Source of the DNA: Acidimicrobiaceae bacterium
GTDB lineage: Bacteria; Actinomycetota; Acidimicrobiia; Acidimicrobiales; RAAP-2
Length of the DNA stretch: 64,000 bases
Assembly: GCA_027342785.1 (NCBI GenBank)
Contig: DAHWPS010000115.1
Location: 7,052 to 71,051, forward strand
Reading direction: 5' to 3'
Shown: positions 43,854 to 53,281 of the stretch, piece by piece
Numbering within the stretch: position 1 is the stretch's first letter
Layout: every line of letters starts with the position of its first letter
Program-made: the position numbers and the translations under genes
The notes under the pieces: generated by a model
Told to the model about the DNA's origin: nothing
The model's database searches: none
Seen by the model: only the letters and a program-made list of their open reading frames with translations

Positions 43854-45440
43854 GTGCTACCTTCGCGCATCGTGGGCACGACAGCCGGCGGAGCAGCGGC
43901 GGAGCAAGGCGTCACGTCCCACGCCCACCGGCAGCCGGAGCACGCGGCGCTCGTGGTGGGAGAGCGGATGCGCACCTACGGTGAGCTCGACGACCGGGCG
44001 CGGCGCTTGGCCGCGGTCCTTGCCGAGATGGGCGCCGGGCCCGGCCGCCCGGTGGCGGCAGTCCTGCGCAACGGGTTCGAGCCTTTCGAAGTGGCGATCG
44101 CGGCGGCCATGGCTGGTGCGCCGTACCTCCCGGTCAACTGGCACCTCAAAGCCTCGGAGCTCAGCTTTCTCCTCGCCGACGCAGGGGTGGGCGCCGTGGT
44201 GGGGAACGGCGATCTCGCCGACGTGATCGGCGAGGCCGTGCAGCGAGCCGGGATCGGCTCCCCCCCGCTTCTCACCGACGAGCCGCCCGGCGGTCCGCAG
44301 TCCTCGGGTGGTCGGCCACGGTCACTTGGCGGCTACGAGGATCGGATCGCTCGCTCTCCTGCCGACCCGTCGCTCGACAGCGGTCCGGGGCCCGAGCTCG
44401 TCTTCTACACCTCGGGGACCACCGCCCGCCCCAAGGGCGTCGTGCACGGCGGGCTCGGGGACCTCGCCGCCCGCCGGGCAGGGATGCAAGGCCAGGCGGC
44501 CTTGTGGGGCTGGACCTCGGACGACGTCTACGTGATGTCGGGGCCCGCCTACCACGCAGCGCATGCCGGGTGGGCCCTCACCGCTCTGTACGTCGGTGCG
44601 ACGACGGTCCTTCTCGATCGGTTCGACGCGCGGGAGTTCCTCGGGGCCGTGCACCGATACGGGGGGACCCGCTCGTTCATGGTGCCGGCGCACTTCATCC
44701 GGTTGCTGGAGGTCCCCGAGGAGGAGCGCCGTGCAGCGGAGGTCTCCACGCTGCGCCTGATCGTCCACGGCGGCGCACCGTGCCCGGTCGCGGTCAAGTA
44801 CCGCATGATGGAGGCGTTCCCCCGCACCGAGATCCACGAGCTCTACGGCGCGAGCGAGGGGGGTGCCACCAGGATCTCCCCGCACGAGTGGAAGGAGCAC
44901 CCCGGCAGCGTCGGTCGTCCGTGGCCCGGTGTCGAGATCCGAGTGCTGTCCGAGGCCGGCGAGCCGCTGCCGGCCGGGACCGACGGGATCATCTGGATCA
45001 AGCCCCCCGGCGCCCAGCGTTTCACCTACCGCAATGATCCTGACGCAACGGCGCAGGCGTGGCGTGACGAGGCGTTCACGGTCGGGGACATCGGGCACCT
45101 GGACGCCGACGGCTACCTCACCATCACCGACCGGGCGTCGGACATGGTGCTGTGGGGCGGGGTCAACGTCGCACCTCGCGAGATCGAAGAGGTCCTCTAC
45201 CGCCACCCGGCAGTCGTCGACTGCGCCGTCTTCGGTGTGCCCCACGAGCGAGACGGCGAGCAGTTGGTGGCAGTCGTCGAGGCACGCTCCGCGGTGTCGG
45301 TCGACGAGCTGGCCGGCCACGTCCGAGCGCACCTCGCCGACTACAAGGTGCCGAGGGAGTGGAAGCTGGTCGACGAGCTGCCGAGGGATCCCAACGGCAA
45401 GGTCGTGAAGCGCCTGCTGCGACAGGACTACCTGGCCTGA
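43854..45440 (+). CDS. AMP-binding acyl-CoA synthetase (FadD-like)
   Basis: It has VFYTSGTTARPKGV, YGASEGG, VGDIG and NGKVVKR. The start is GTG 43854 or 43872. The earlier listed start overlaps the divergent SRPBCC gene. Confidence 0.85.
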   Translation: MLPSRIVGTTAGGAAAEQGVTSHAHRQPEHAALVVGERMRTYGELDDRARRLAAVLAEMGAGPGRPVAAVLRNGFEPFEVAIAAAMAGAPYLPVNWHLKASELSFLLADAGVGAVVGNGDLADVIGEAVQRAGIGSPPLLTDEPPGGPQSSGGRPRSLGGYEDRIARSPADPSLDSGPGPELVFYTSGTTARPKGVVHGGLGDLAARRAGMQGQAALWGWTSDDVYVMSGPAYHAAHAGWALTALYVGATTVLLDRFDAREFLGAVHRYGGTRSFMVPAHFIRLLEVPEEERRAAEVSTLRLIVHGGAPCPVAVKYRMMEAFPRTEIHELYGASEGGATRISPHEWKEHPGSVGRPWPGVEIRVLSEAGEPLPAGTDGIIWIKPPGAQRFTYRNDPDATAQAWRDEAFTVGDIGHLDADGYLTITDRASDMVLWGGVNVAPREIEEVLYRHPAVVDCAVFGVPHERDGEQLVAVVEARSAVSVDELAGHVRAHLADYKVPREWKLVDELPRDPNGKVVKRLLRQDYLA

Positions 45441-46108
45441 TCGGAGCCCGAGCGAGCAGCATCGCCTGGATCCGATGAGGAGCTGGCGGCCCGGGAGCGA
45501 AGCAGCGCCGCCGCCTCCTCGGCCCGCCGCCGGAACGCCCCCGCCGGGTCGTCGCCGTCGTCGAGCACGCCCGCGACGTGCTCGAAGAACAGCCCGACGA
45601 CCATCGCTCGCAGCATCCGGGCGACTGCGGCGGGCCCCGTCTCCTCGCAGACTTGGGGATCGCACTCGGCCAGCCATCGTTCGAGCGATGCCTGGGTGGC
45701 GGCGAAGAGCTCGGCGCCGACAGCGAAGGCGGTCTCGTCACCGCGGAGCACTTCGCCGAGCATGAGGCGGATGAAGTCCTCCACCTCGAGCATCGAGCGC
45801 AGGATGTCGTCGAGCAGCTCGGACAGAGCATCGGCTGGATCGCGGGTGAGCGCAGCCGGGCTCGGCGCTGCCAGTCCGGCGATGAACCCGCGATCTTCGA
45901 GAACTGCGACCAGCAGGTCCCGCTTGGACGGGAAGTAGTGGTACAGCGACGCCACGTTGAGGTTGGCAGCTGCCGCCAGGTCGCGCATGCTCGTCCCGTC
46001 CACCCCGCGCTGGGACATGAGCGCCAGGGCCGTGTCGAGAATGTGCTGGCGCTGGGTCGTGCCGACCGTCGTCAGATTGCCGACCGGCGAGGGGGGTTGC
46101 GGGGTCAC
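45428..46108 (-). CDS. TetR family transcriptional regulator
   Basis: The HTH is RQHILDTALALMSQRGVDGTSMRDLAAAANLNVASLYHYFPSKRDLL. The start is taken at GTG 46108. It is divergent from the P450 gene. Confidence 0.85.
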   Translation of the reverse strand: MTPQPPSPVGNLTTVGTTQRQHILDTALALMSQRGVDGTSMRDLAAAANLNVASLYHYFPSKRDLLVAVLEDRGFIAGLAAPSPAALTRDPADALSELLDDILRSMLEVEDFIRLMLGEVLRGDETAFAVGAELFAATQASLERWLAECDPQVCEETGPAAVARMLRAMVVGLFFEHVAGVLDDGDDPAGAFRRRAEEAAALLRSRAASSSSDPGDAARSGSDQAR

Positions 46109-46176
46109 CGGGTCATTCTCGGCCGGGAGCAGGGCCCCCGTCGAACCGAGCGCCGTACCGCCCCCGTGCCGAGCGT

Positions 46177-46190
46177 CAAACGAACGTTTG
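46177..46190. promoter_or_regulatory. CAAAC-GAAC-GTTTG palindrome in the TetR/P450 divergent region
   Basis: Read directly. It lies between the TetR start (46108) and the P450 start (46250). Confidence 0.5.
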
Positions 46191-46208
46191 CTGTAGGGTG
46201 TGCCAGGT

Positions 46209-46223
46209 TGCACGCAGCGTGCA
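46209..46223. promoter_or_regulatory. TGCACG-CAG-CGTGCA palindrome
   Basis: Read directly. It lies 27 nt upstream of the P450 GTG. Confidence 0.3.
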
Positions 46224-46249
46224 GCCTGGGAGGGACAGGAGGTGGCATC

Positions 46250-47506
46250 GTGACCACGACCCAAGACGCCGGCACGCCCCAGGACACCGGTACGATCGCA
46301 CCGTTCGATCCCTACGAGCTCCAGGACACGGTGGCCGGCGACGTACGCGACCCGTTCCCGATCATGGCCGAGCTCCTGGCCGAGAGCCCGGTCCACGTCG
46401 GCCCCATCGACCTCGGCGCCGGCGCCAGCGAGACCTTCGGTCCGATCGAACCAGTCACGGTGCTCGGGTTCGACGAGTGTGTCCAGGTGCTACGCGACAA
46501 CGAGACGTTCTCCTCGCAGATCTACGAGGGGGTCATCGGGATGGTGATGGGTCGGACCATCCTCCAGATGGACGAACCAGAGCACCGGATGCAGCGAGCG
46601 CTGGTCTCGCCGGCGTTCCGCTCGAAGATGCTGGAGAAATGGGAGGACGGTCTGGTCAGGGCGGTCGTCAACGAGCTCATCGACAACTTTGCCGATCGGG
46701 GCCACGCCGACCTCGTGAAAGAGCTCACCTTCAACTTCCCGGTCCAGGTGATCGCCCAGATCCTCGGCCTGCCCCGCCGCGACTACCCGAAGTTCCAGCG
46801 CTGGGCAGTGGAGATCACCAGCGTCTCGGCCAACTGGGAGCGCGGCGTGGCCGCGTCGGAGGGCTTGCGGGACTACTTCGCCGACGTGCTGGCCAAGCGC
46901 AGGGCGGTTCCCGAGGACGACCTCATCACCGAGCTCGTACACGTCGAGGTCGACGGCCAGCGGCTGACCGACGAGGAGATCTACTCCTTCCTTCGCCTGC
47001 TCCTCCCGGCCGGCGTGGAGACGACCTACCGATCCTCTGGAAGCCTGCTCTACGGGCTGCTCACCCATCCCGACCAGCTCGACGCCGTCCGAGCGGACCG
47101 CTCGCTCATCCCCCAGGCGTTCGAAGAGTCGATCCGCTGGGAGCCGCCGGTCACGGTCATCCTCCGCCGTGCGACCAAGGACACCGAGATCGCGGGCGTC
47201 CCGGTTCCCGAGGGAGCCGACGTGGCGTTGCTCCTCGGCGCAGCGAACCACGACGCCCGCAAGTACGACAACCCCGACGAGTTCGACATGTTCCGCGAAG
47301 TGCGCCAGCACGTTGGCTTCGGCTTCGGGGTCCACGTCTGCCTCGGCATGCACTTGGCCCGCATGGAGACCCGGGTAGCGGTCAACACCCTCTTGGACCG
47401 CTGTCCTAATCTCCGGTTGGCACCCGAACCGGGGCAGGATTTGCACATCCGAGGACTGGCCTTCCGATCGCCGTTCGCGCTTCCGGTCGCATTCGGAGCC
47501 GGCTGA
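46250..47506 (+). CDS. cytochrome P450
   Basis: GTG 46250 lies 7 nt after AGGAGG. The I-helix is LLLPAGVETT, the EXXR motif is EESIRW, and the heme loop is FGFGVHVCLG. Confidence 0.9.
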   Translation: MTTTQDAGTPQDTGTIAPFDPYELQDTVAGDVRDPFPIMAELLAESPVHVGPIDLGAGASETFGPIEPVTVLGFDECVQVLRDNETFSSQIYEGVIGMVMGRTILQMDEPEHRMQRALVSPAFRSKMLEKWEDGLVRAVVNELIDNFADRGHADLVKELTFNFPVQVIAQILGLPRRDYPKFQRWAVEITSVSANWERGVAASEGLRDYFADVLAKRRAVPEDDLITELVHVEVDGQRLTDEEIYSFLRLLLPAGVETTYRSSGSLLYGLLTHPDQLDAVRADRSLIPQAFEESIRWEPPVTVILRRATKDTEIAGVPVPEGADVALLLGAANHDARKYDNPDEFDMFREVRQHVGFGFGVHVCLGMHLARMETRVAVNTLLDRCPNLRLAPEPGQDLHIRGLAFRSPFALPVAFGAG

Positions 47507-47566
47507 GGCCACCGGCAACGGTGGGAGAGGGGCGAGGATCCGGTTGCTCATGAGCACCTCTGCGGC

Positions 47567-48715
47567 GTGGTGAGAGACGCAGCGGCGATCGTCGGGATCG
47601 GCCAGACGGCGTTCGGCAAGCAGCTCAGTGAGCCCGAGCCCGAGCTGGCGGCGACGGCCGTCCTCGCGGCGCTGCGCGATGCCGGGATCGAACCGAGCGA
47701 CGTCGACGGGCTGTGCTCGTTCACCTCGGAGACGACCGAGGAGGTCGCGCTGGCAAAGACGATCGGGGCCGGGGACATCACTTTCTTCTCCCAGGTCGGC
47801 TATGGCGGCGGCGCCGGGTGCGCCACGGTCGGCCATGCGGCGATGGCGGTCGCCACCAAGCAAGCAGACGTCGTGGTGGCGTGGCGCTCGCGCAAGCGCG
47901 GCGCTCGCGGCAGCAGGCCCTGGGCGGCTGCCCCGGCGCGCCTGCCGATCCCCGGGCAGTGGACCCGGCCGTTCGGCTTGCTCCGACCGGTCGACGAGGT
48001 GGCGATGCTGACTCGCCGCTACATGCACGAGTACGGCGCGACGCGGCGCGCCCTGGGTGAGGTGGCGACTGCGGTGCGCAGCCATGCGGAGAGGAACCCG
48101 CTCGCGCTCATGAGCGGCAAGCCGATGACCATGGACGACTACATGAATGCCAGATGGATCTCCGAGCCCCTCTGCCTGTTCGACAACTGCCTCGAGACCG
48201 ACGGCGCGCTTGCGGTCGTGGTCGTCGGCGCCAACCGGGCGGCCGACTGCCCCCACCCGCCGGCGTACATCCACGCGTTCGCCCAAGGGCTCCCCCGCCA
48301 GCACGAGTCGATGGTGAACTACTTCTGCGAGGACCCGCTGACCGGCCCGGCTTGGGCGTGTGCCGCCAAGCTGTGGGCCCGCTCCGAGCTGGGCCCCGAG
48401 GACATCGACGTAGCCCAGATCTACGACGCATTCACGCCCCTCATCCTGCTCTCCCTGGAAGGCTACGGCTTCTGCGGGCGCGGCGAGGCGCCGGACTTCG
48501 TCGCCGACGGAGGACTTCGCTGGGACGGAGGGCGGCTCCCGGTGAACACCTCAGGTGGCGGTTTGTCCGAGGCCTACGTCCACGGCTACAACCTCATCAC
48601 CGAAGGAGTGCGGCAGATCCGCGGAACGTCCACGAGCCAGGTGCCCGACGCCCGTGCGTGCCTGGTCACCTCGGGTGAAGGGGTGCCGACCAGTGCGCTC
48701 GTCCTCCGGGGCTGA
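47567..48715 (+). CDS. thiolase-like lipid-transfer protein (Ltp/SCP-x type)
   Basis: It begins VRDAAAIVGIGQTAFGK and has NTSGGGLSEAYVHGYN near the C-terminus. 382 aa. Confidence 0.8.
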   Translation: MVRDAAAIVGIGQTAFGKQLSEPEPELAATAVLAALRDAGIEPSDVDGLCSFTSETTEEVALAKTIGAGDITFFSQVGYGGGAGCATVGHAAMAVATKQADVVVAWRSRKRGARGSRPWAAAPARLPIPGQWTRPFGLLRPVDEVAMLTRRYMHEYGATRRALGEVATAVRSHAERNPLALMSGKPMTMDDYMNARWISEPLCLFDNCLETDGALAVVVVGANRAADCPHPPAYIHAFAQGLPRQHESMVNYFCEDPLTGPAWACAAKLWARSELGPEDIDVAQIYDAFTPLILLSLEGYGFCGRGEAPDFVADGGLRWDGGRLPVNTSGGGLSEAYVHGYNLITEGVRQIRGTSTSQVPDARACLVTSGEGVPTSALVLRG

Positions 48716-48774
48716 TGGCGCACGGCGAGACGGCCAGGTGTGATGAGCACGCGAAGAGCAGAGGAGGCGAACCA

Positions 48775-49002
48775 GTGGCGCACGGCATAGAGATCCGTGT
48801 CGACAAGGAGGTGTGCATGGGCTCGGGGAACTGCGTGTTCTGGGCGTCGTCGAGCTTCGACCTCGACGACGACGGACGGTCCTGCGTGCTCGACCCCGAG
48901 GCGACCGACGAGGAGCGCCTTCTCGTGGTGGCCGGCGGGTGTCCAGTGGGGGCAATCTCGCTTTGGCGCAACGGTCGCCGGATCGACACCGGAGCACCCT
49001 GA
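48775..49002 (+). CDS. small ferredoxin (single-cluster, actinobacterial P450-partner type)
   Basis: It has CMGSGNC...CP cluster ligands. GTG 48775 lies 6 nt after GGAGG (48764-48768). ATG 48715 is an alternative longer start. Confidence 0.8.
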   Translation: MAHGIEIRVDKEVCMGSGNCVFWASSSFDLDDDGRSCVLDPEATDEERLLVVAGGCPVGAISLWRNGRRIDTGAP

Positions 49003-49004
49003 CC

Positions 49005-51278
49005 ATGCCGATCGGGGTGAGCAACGAGCATGAAGACCTCCGCCGTGCCGTCCGGCGGTGGGCCGAGGTGTACTGCCCGCCTTCGGTGCCCCGCGCGTGC
49101 CTGACGCTGCCGGGCGAAGCACCCGTCGGCGACCTTGTCGGGGGTGCCGGTGAGGATCATGTCGTACCACCGACTCCCTGGGACGAGCTGCGTGCGCAGG
49201 GGTGGCTCGGCCTCCACGTGGCAGAGGAGTACGGGGGACAGGGGTTCGGCCTGCCCGAACTGGTGGTGGTGCTCGAGGAGCTGGGTCGGGCGCTGCTGCC
49301 TGGCCCGCTGCTGCCGACCGTCGTGACGTCGGCCGCGCTGGAGCTGGCCGGCAGCGACGAGGCCCGGGCCGAGCTGTTGCCGGGCATCGCGGCAGGAGAC
49401 ACTCCTGCAGCGGTCTTCTTGGGGAGTGCAGTGCTGCGCCACGACCAAGACGGCTCGTCCGGCGGCCTCGAGGTGTCCGGGGAGCTTCACCCGGTGTTGG
49501 GCGGGCCGACAGCTCGATGGCTGCTGGCCCCGCTCGGCGACAAGCGGTGGTGCGTTCTGGATGTGCACGGGCCGGGAGTCGTGGTGACGCCGGTCCTTGC
49601 GCTCGACCAGACCCGTCCTCTCGCCCGGGTGCACGTCGACGCCGCGCGGGTCCCCGCGCACCGGGTGCTCGGGACGCTGGACTCAGCAACGGTCCGAGAG
49701 CTCGCAGTCGTGATGGCAGCCGCCGAGTCGGCCGGTGGCGCCCGCTGGTGCGTGGACACGGCATCGCAGTACGCGACCCAGCGTGTCCAGTTTGGCCGTC
49801 CTATCGGGCAGTTCCAGGCGGTAAAGCACCGATTGGCCGACATGCTGGTCACCGTCGAGCAGGCCGACGCCGTGGTGTGGGACGCCGCTGCCGCCTGGGG
49901 TCCCGAGCTCGTCGGGGTGGACCCCGGGGCCCAAGAGCATCGGCCACGTCGGCTGGCGGCGGCCGTGGCCGGCTCCGTGGTGCCCGACGGCTTCGCTGAG
50001 TGCGCGAAAGGGTGCGTGCAGATCCTGGGCGGCATCGGGTTCACGTGGGAGCACGACGCGCACCTGTACCTCCGCCGGGCCATGGCCACTCGCCAGCTTC
50101 TCGGCGAACCGGCCCGGTGGCGGGAGCAAGTGGCCGCCGAAGCGCTCAACGGCGTGCGCCGGCCGCTCGTCGCCGAGCTCCCGGACGAAGCCGAAGGCGT
50201 CCGAGAGGAGATGGCAGCCCTGGTCGCTGAAGCCGCAGCGCTCAGCGGAGACGAGCAGCGGCGCTTCCTGGTCGACAGCGGGTTGCTGGCGCCCCACTGG
50301 CCCAAGCCGTGGGGGCGGGACGCGTCGCCGCTCGAGCAGCTCGTGATCGACGAGGAGCTGACTGCGGCCGGGATCCACCGGCCCGGGCTCGCGGTCGGGG
50401 CCTGGGCCCTGCCGACGCTCATCGCCCACGGCACTGCGGCGCAACAGGAGCGATGGGTGCGCCCCACGATGCTCGGCGAGATCACCTGGTGTCAGTTGTT
50501 CAGCGAGCCGGGAGCGGGGTCGGACCTGGCCGGTCTCTCCACTCGGGCCGAGCGCGTCGAGGGCGGGTGGCGCCTCACCGGCCAGAAGGTCTGGACCTCG
50601 ATGGCCCAGGTGGCCGACTGGGGCATCTGCCTGGCCCGCACCGACCCGGAGGCGCCCAAGCATGCCGGGATCACGTACTTCCTCGTGGACATGAAGAGCG
50701 ACGGTGTCGACGTACGACCGCTCCGCGAGCTCACCGGGGACGCGATGTTCAACGAGGTGTTCCTCACCGACGTTTTCGTTCCCGACGACTGCGTGGTCGG
50801 GGCGCCGGGCGAGGGGTGGGCGATCGGCCGGACCACGCTCACCAACGAGCGCGTCTCCCTGTCATCGGGAGCGACCTTCGGCATCGGGGTGGAGTCGGTG
50901 CTGCGCCGTCTGGGCGAGCTGGGCGCCACAGCCCCTCCGGCCGCGACGGTGGACGTGGGGGGCCTCCTGGCCGAAGCGCAGTCGATCCAGCTCCTCGGCC
51001 AGCGCACCACCTTGCGATCGCTGTCGGGGCTCGAGCCCGGCGCCGGGTCGAGCGTCCGCAAGCTCCTTGGCGCCGAGCACGAGCAGCGGGTCCAGGAGAT
51101 GGGCCTGGCGTTCCAGGGGGCCGAGGGCGCCACGATGGAAGGCCGCGCCGAGCGATGGGGCCGTGGCTTTCTCGTCACCCGATGCCTCACCATTGCCGGA
51201 GGGACGAGCGAAGTCCAGCGCAACGTGCTGGCCGAGCGCATCCTGGGTCAGCCTCGCGATCCTGAGCCAGGCGCATGA
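49005..51278 (+). CDS. fused double acyl-CoA dehydrogenase (beta-type half followed by alpha-type half)
   Basis: 757 aa starting from ATG 49005, 2 nt after the ferredoxin stop. The N-half has LDQTRPLARVHVDAARV and VQFGRPIGQFQAVKHRLADM, like the beta-type genes. The C-half has WCQLFSEPGAGSDLAGLSTRA and GQKVWTSMAQ, like the alpha-type genes. Confidence 0.8.
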   Translation: MPIGVSNEHEDLRRAVRRWAEVYCPPSVPRACLTLPGEAPVGDLVGGAGEDHVVPPTPWDELRAQGWLGLHVAEEYGGQGFGLPELVVVLEELGRALLPGPLLPTVVTSAALELAGSDEARAELLPGIAAGDTPAAVFLGSAVLRHDQDGSSGGLEVSGELHPVLGGPTARWLLAPLGDKRWCVLDVHGPGVVVTPVLALDQTRPLARVHVDAARVPAHRVLGTLDSATVRELAVVMAAAESAGGARWCVDTASQYATQRVQFGRPIGQFQAVKHRLADMLVTVEQADAVVWDAAAAWGPELVGVDPGAQEHRPRRLAAAVAGSVVPDGFAECAKGCVQILGGIGFTWEHDAHLYLRRAMATRQLLGEPARWREQVAAEALNGVRRPLVAELPDEAEGVREEMAALVAEAAALSGDEQRRFLVDSGLLAPHWPKPWGRDASPLEQLVIDEELTAAGIHRPGLAVGAWALPTLIAHGTAAQQERWVRPTMLGEITWCQLFSEPGAGSDLAGLSTRAERVEGGWRLTGQKVWTSMAQVADWGICLARTDPEAPKHAGITYFLVDMKSDGVDVRPLRELTGDAMFNEVFLTDVFVPDDCVVGAPGEGWAIGRTTLTNERVSLSSGATFGIGVESVLRRLGELGATAPPAATVDVGGLLAEAQSIQLLGQRTTLRSLSGLEPGAGSSVRKLLGAEHEQRVQEMGLAFQGAEGATMEGRAERWGRGFLVTRCLTIAGGTSEVQRNVLAERILGQPRDPEPGA

Positions 51279-51387
51279 GCACGACAGAACCGCCGTCGGC
51301 GGCGAGGACTTGCCCCGCGGAACGCGGAGGCTCTCGTGCAGCGGCCGGGAGTGGCCACAGGCCGCGGCACAGGCAGGGACAGACGGT

Positions 51388-51906
51388 ATGGTGCCCGACG
51401 TGACGCCCGGGCAACGCGGCCGACGCGACGGCGATCCCGACACCACCCAGGCGGCCGCCGCGGCCGGCCTCCCGAGCGGCGGGGACGACCCGGCCGACGT
51501 TGGCGCGAGGACAGGCGGGGCAGCGGACCCCGATGTCTGGCCCTTTCCCTCGGAGCGCTACCTCCACGAGTGGGCGCCCGCCGTCCAGCAGGCGCAGAAC
51601 GCGTGGATGTCGGCCATCGACTCGCTGCGGGCGCCGGACCGCAAGACCCACGAGCTGATTCGGATGGTGTGCACGGTGATCTTGCGCCAGGCCGGGGGGA
51701 TCGAGCGCCACGCCATGCTGGCAGCCGAGGTCGGAGCCACCTGGGACGAGATCGCCGGATCGATCCTGCTCACCGAGCCGGCATTCGGGATCCTCCTTGC
51801 GGTCGAAGCGCTCCCGGCGGCCCGGCGGGGATTCAAGCGAGGCGCCGCACTGGCACGCACCGACGACACAGCCGAGGGCGCCGGCGGCTCAGTCCGCCCG
51901 ACCTGA
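51388..51906 (+). CDS. carboxymuconolactone decarboxylase (CMD/AhpD-like) family protein
   Basis: The core KTHELIRMVCTVILRQAGGIERHAMLAAEVGATWDEIAG resembles the CMD fold. The start is uncertain; ATG 51388 was chosen. Confidence 0.6.
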   Translation: MVPDVTPGQRGRRDGDPDTTQAAAAAGLPSGGDDPADVGARTGGAADPDVWPFPSERYLHEWAPAVQQAQNAWMSAIDSLRAPDRKTHELIRMVCTVILRQAGGIERHAMLAAEVGATWDEIAGSILLTEPAFGILLAVEALPAARRGFKRGAALARTDDTAEGAGGSVRPT

Positions 51907-51917
51907 CAGACGTGTCA
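51904..51917. promoter_or_regulatory. TGACA-GACG-TGTCA palindrome
   Basis: Read directly. Its first TGA is the CMD stop codon, and the site ends 11 nt before the ACAD ATG at 51928. Confidence 0.5.
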
Positions 51918-51927
51918 TAGTTTCCCC

Positions 51928-53184
51928 ATGCGTCTCGCGCCCGACGAGCACCTCAGCGAATTCCGCCGCGAGTTCGAGCACTGGCTCGATCGGCACATGC
52001 CTTCTCCTGACGTGATGACCGAGGCCCGTCGCTCCTCGGCCCACCTCCCGGACTGGGCACGGGCCTGGCAGCGCGACCTGTTCGAGAACGGTTGGCTGGT
52101 GCCGGGTTGGCCACCGGAGCTGGGAGGCCGCAACGCCACTCCCGAAGAGCAGATGACGTACTTCGAAGTGGTGGCCGAGCGGCAGGTCCCGCGTGCGCTG
52201 AACCCGCAGGGACTGTCGATCTGCGCCGCATCGATCATCGATTTCGGCACCGAAGAGCAACGGGAGCGGTTCGCCATCCCGACCTTGCGCGGCGAGGTCA
52301 CGTGGTGTGTGGGCATGAGCGAGCCTGACGCGGGGAGCGACTTGGCGTCGCTGTCGACCAGGGCCGAGCGCCGTGGCGATCGATTCGTGGTGAACGGGCA
52401 GAAGGTCTGGACGTCAGGTGCCCACGAGGCAGACCTGTGCATGTGCTACGTCCGCACGGATCCCGACGCCCCGAAGCACCGCGGCATCAGCATCCTCATC
52501 GTGGACATGCGCACCCCGGGGATCGAGTGCCGCCCGCTGCCCGAGCTCACCGATCCCCGCCACGCAGATTTCAACGAAGTGTTCTTCACCGACGTCGAAG
52601 TCCCCGCGGAGAACCTGGTCGGCGAGCTGCATGGCGGGTGGGCGCTGGCCCAGGGCTCGCTCCGCCACGAGCGGGCGATGCTGTGGATCATGAACGTGGC
52701 CACGTTCGACCGGGCGGTCGAAGGACTGCTCCGCATGGCAGGACGTGACGGAGGAGACGGACGCCTTGTGGGGGAGGACCCGCGGTTCGCCGACGCGCTG
52801 GCCGAGCTCGCCATGGATGCCCGGGCGATGCGGTGCCTGGGCTATCGCGGGTTCGCCAAGGCCCGCCGCGGCGAGATGCCTCCCGAGCACGTGATCCTGA
52901 AGCTGTTCACGAGCGAGGCCGAGCGGCGAGCCACGCTCCTGGGCTTCGAAGCGCTCGGCGCCGGTGGTCTGGACTTGGACGGGCCGGGCCCGAACCGGCG
53001 TACCGACTTCGACTTGGATCGCTACGGCCCGGCGCCGGTGGACGTGGCGCTCACCGCGCCGTTCGCCGACGGTCCCTGGGCCGCGCAGTACCTCCGGTCG
53101 TTCGCCGGGACCATCGCCGGGGGGACCTCGGAGATCCAGCGCAACATCATCGCCGAGCGGGTACTGGGAATGCCGAGGTCGTGA
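51928..53184 (+). CDS. acyl-CoA dehydrogenase (alpha-type)
   Basis: It has WCVGMSEPDAGSDLASLSTRA, NGQKVWTSGAH and IAGGTSEIQRNIIAERVLG. 418 aa. Confidence 0.9.
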   Translation: MRLAPDEHLSEFRREFEHWLDRHMPSPDVMTEARRSSAHLPDWARAWQRDLFENGWLVPGWPPELGGRNATPEEQMTYFEVVAERQVPRALNPQGLSICAASIIDFGTEEQRERFAIPTLRGEVTWCVGMSEPDAGSDLASLSTRAERRGDRFVVNGQKVWTSGAHEADLCMCYVRTDPDAPKHRGISILIVDMRTPGIECRPLPELTDPRHADFNEVFFTDVEVPAENLVGELHGGWALAQGSLRHERAMLWIMNVATFDRAVEGLLRMAGRDGGDGRLVGEDPRFADALAELAMDARAMRCLGYRGFAKARRGEMPPEHVILKLFTSEAERRATLLGFEALGAGGLDLDGPGPNRRTDFDLDRYGPAPVDVALTAPFADGPWAAQYLRSFAGTIAGGTSEIQRNIIAERVLGMPRS

Positions 53185-53281
53185 GCAGCGCTCGCCCGCG
53201 ACTGCCGGGTGGAGCCAGGTGCCGGTACCGGCCGGGACGAAGCGTGCCCTGCGGGGTGATCGAGAGGAAGGGAGAGCCACG

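Noticed and set aside
46177-46190. KstR/KstR2-type cholesterol-regulon boxes (TnnAACnnGTTnnA, AnCAAGnnCTTGnT) in this and other intergenic regions.
   Set aside because: AAC and GTT are separated by 4 nt here, not 2. I found no match elsewhere by eye, so I do not call this a KstR regulon.
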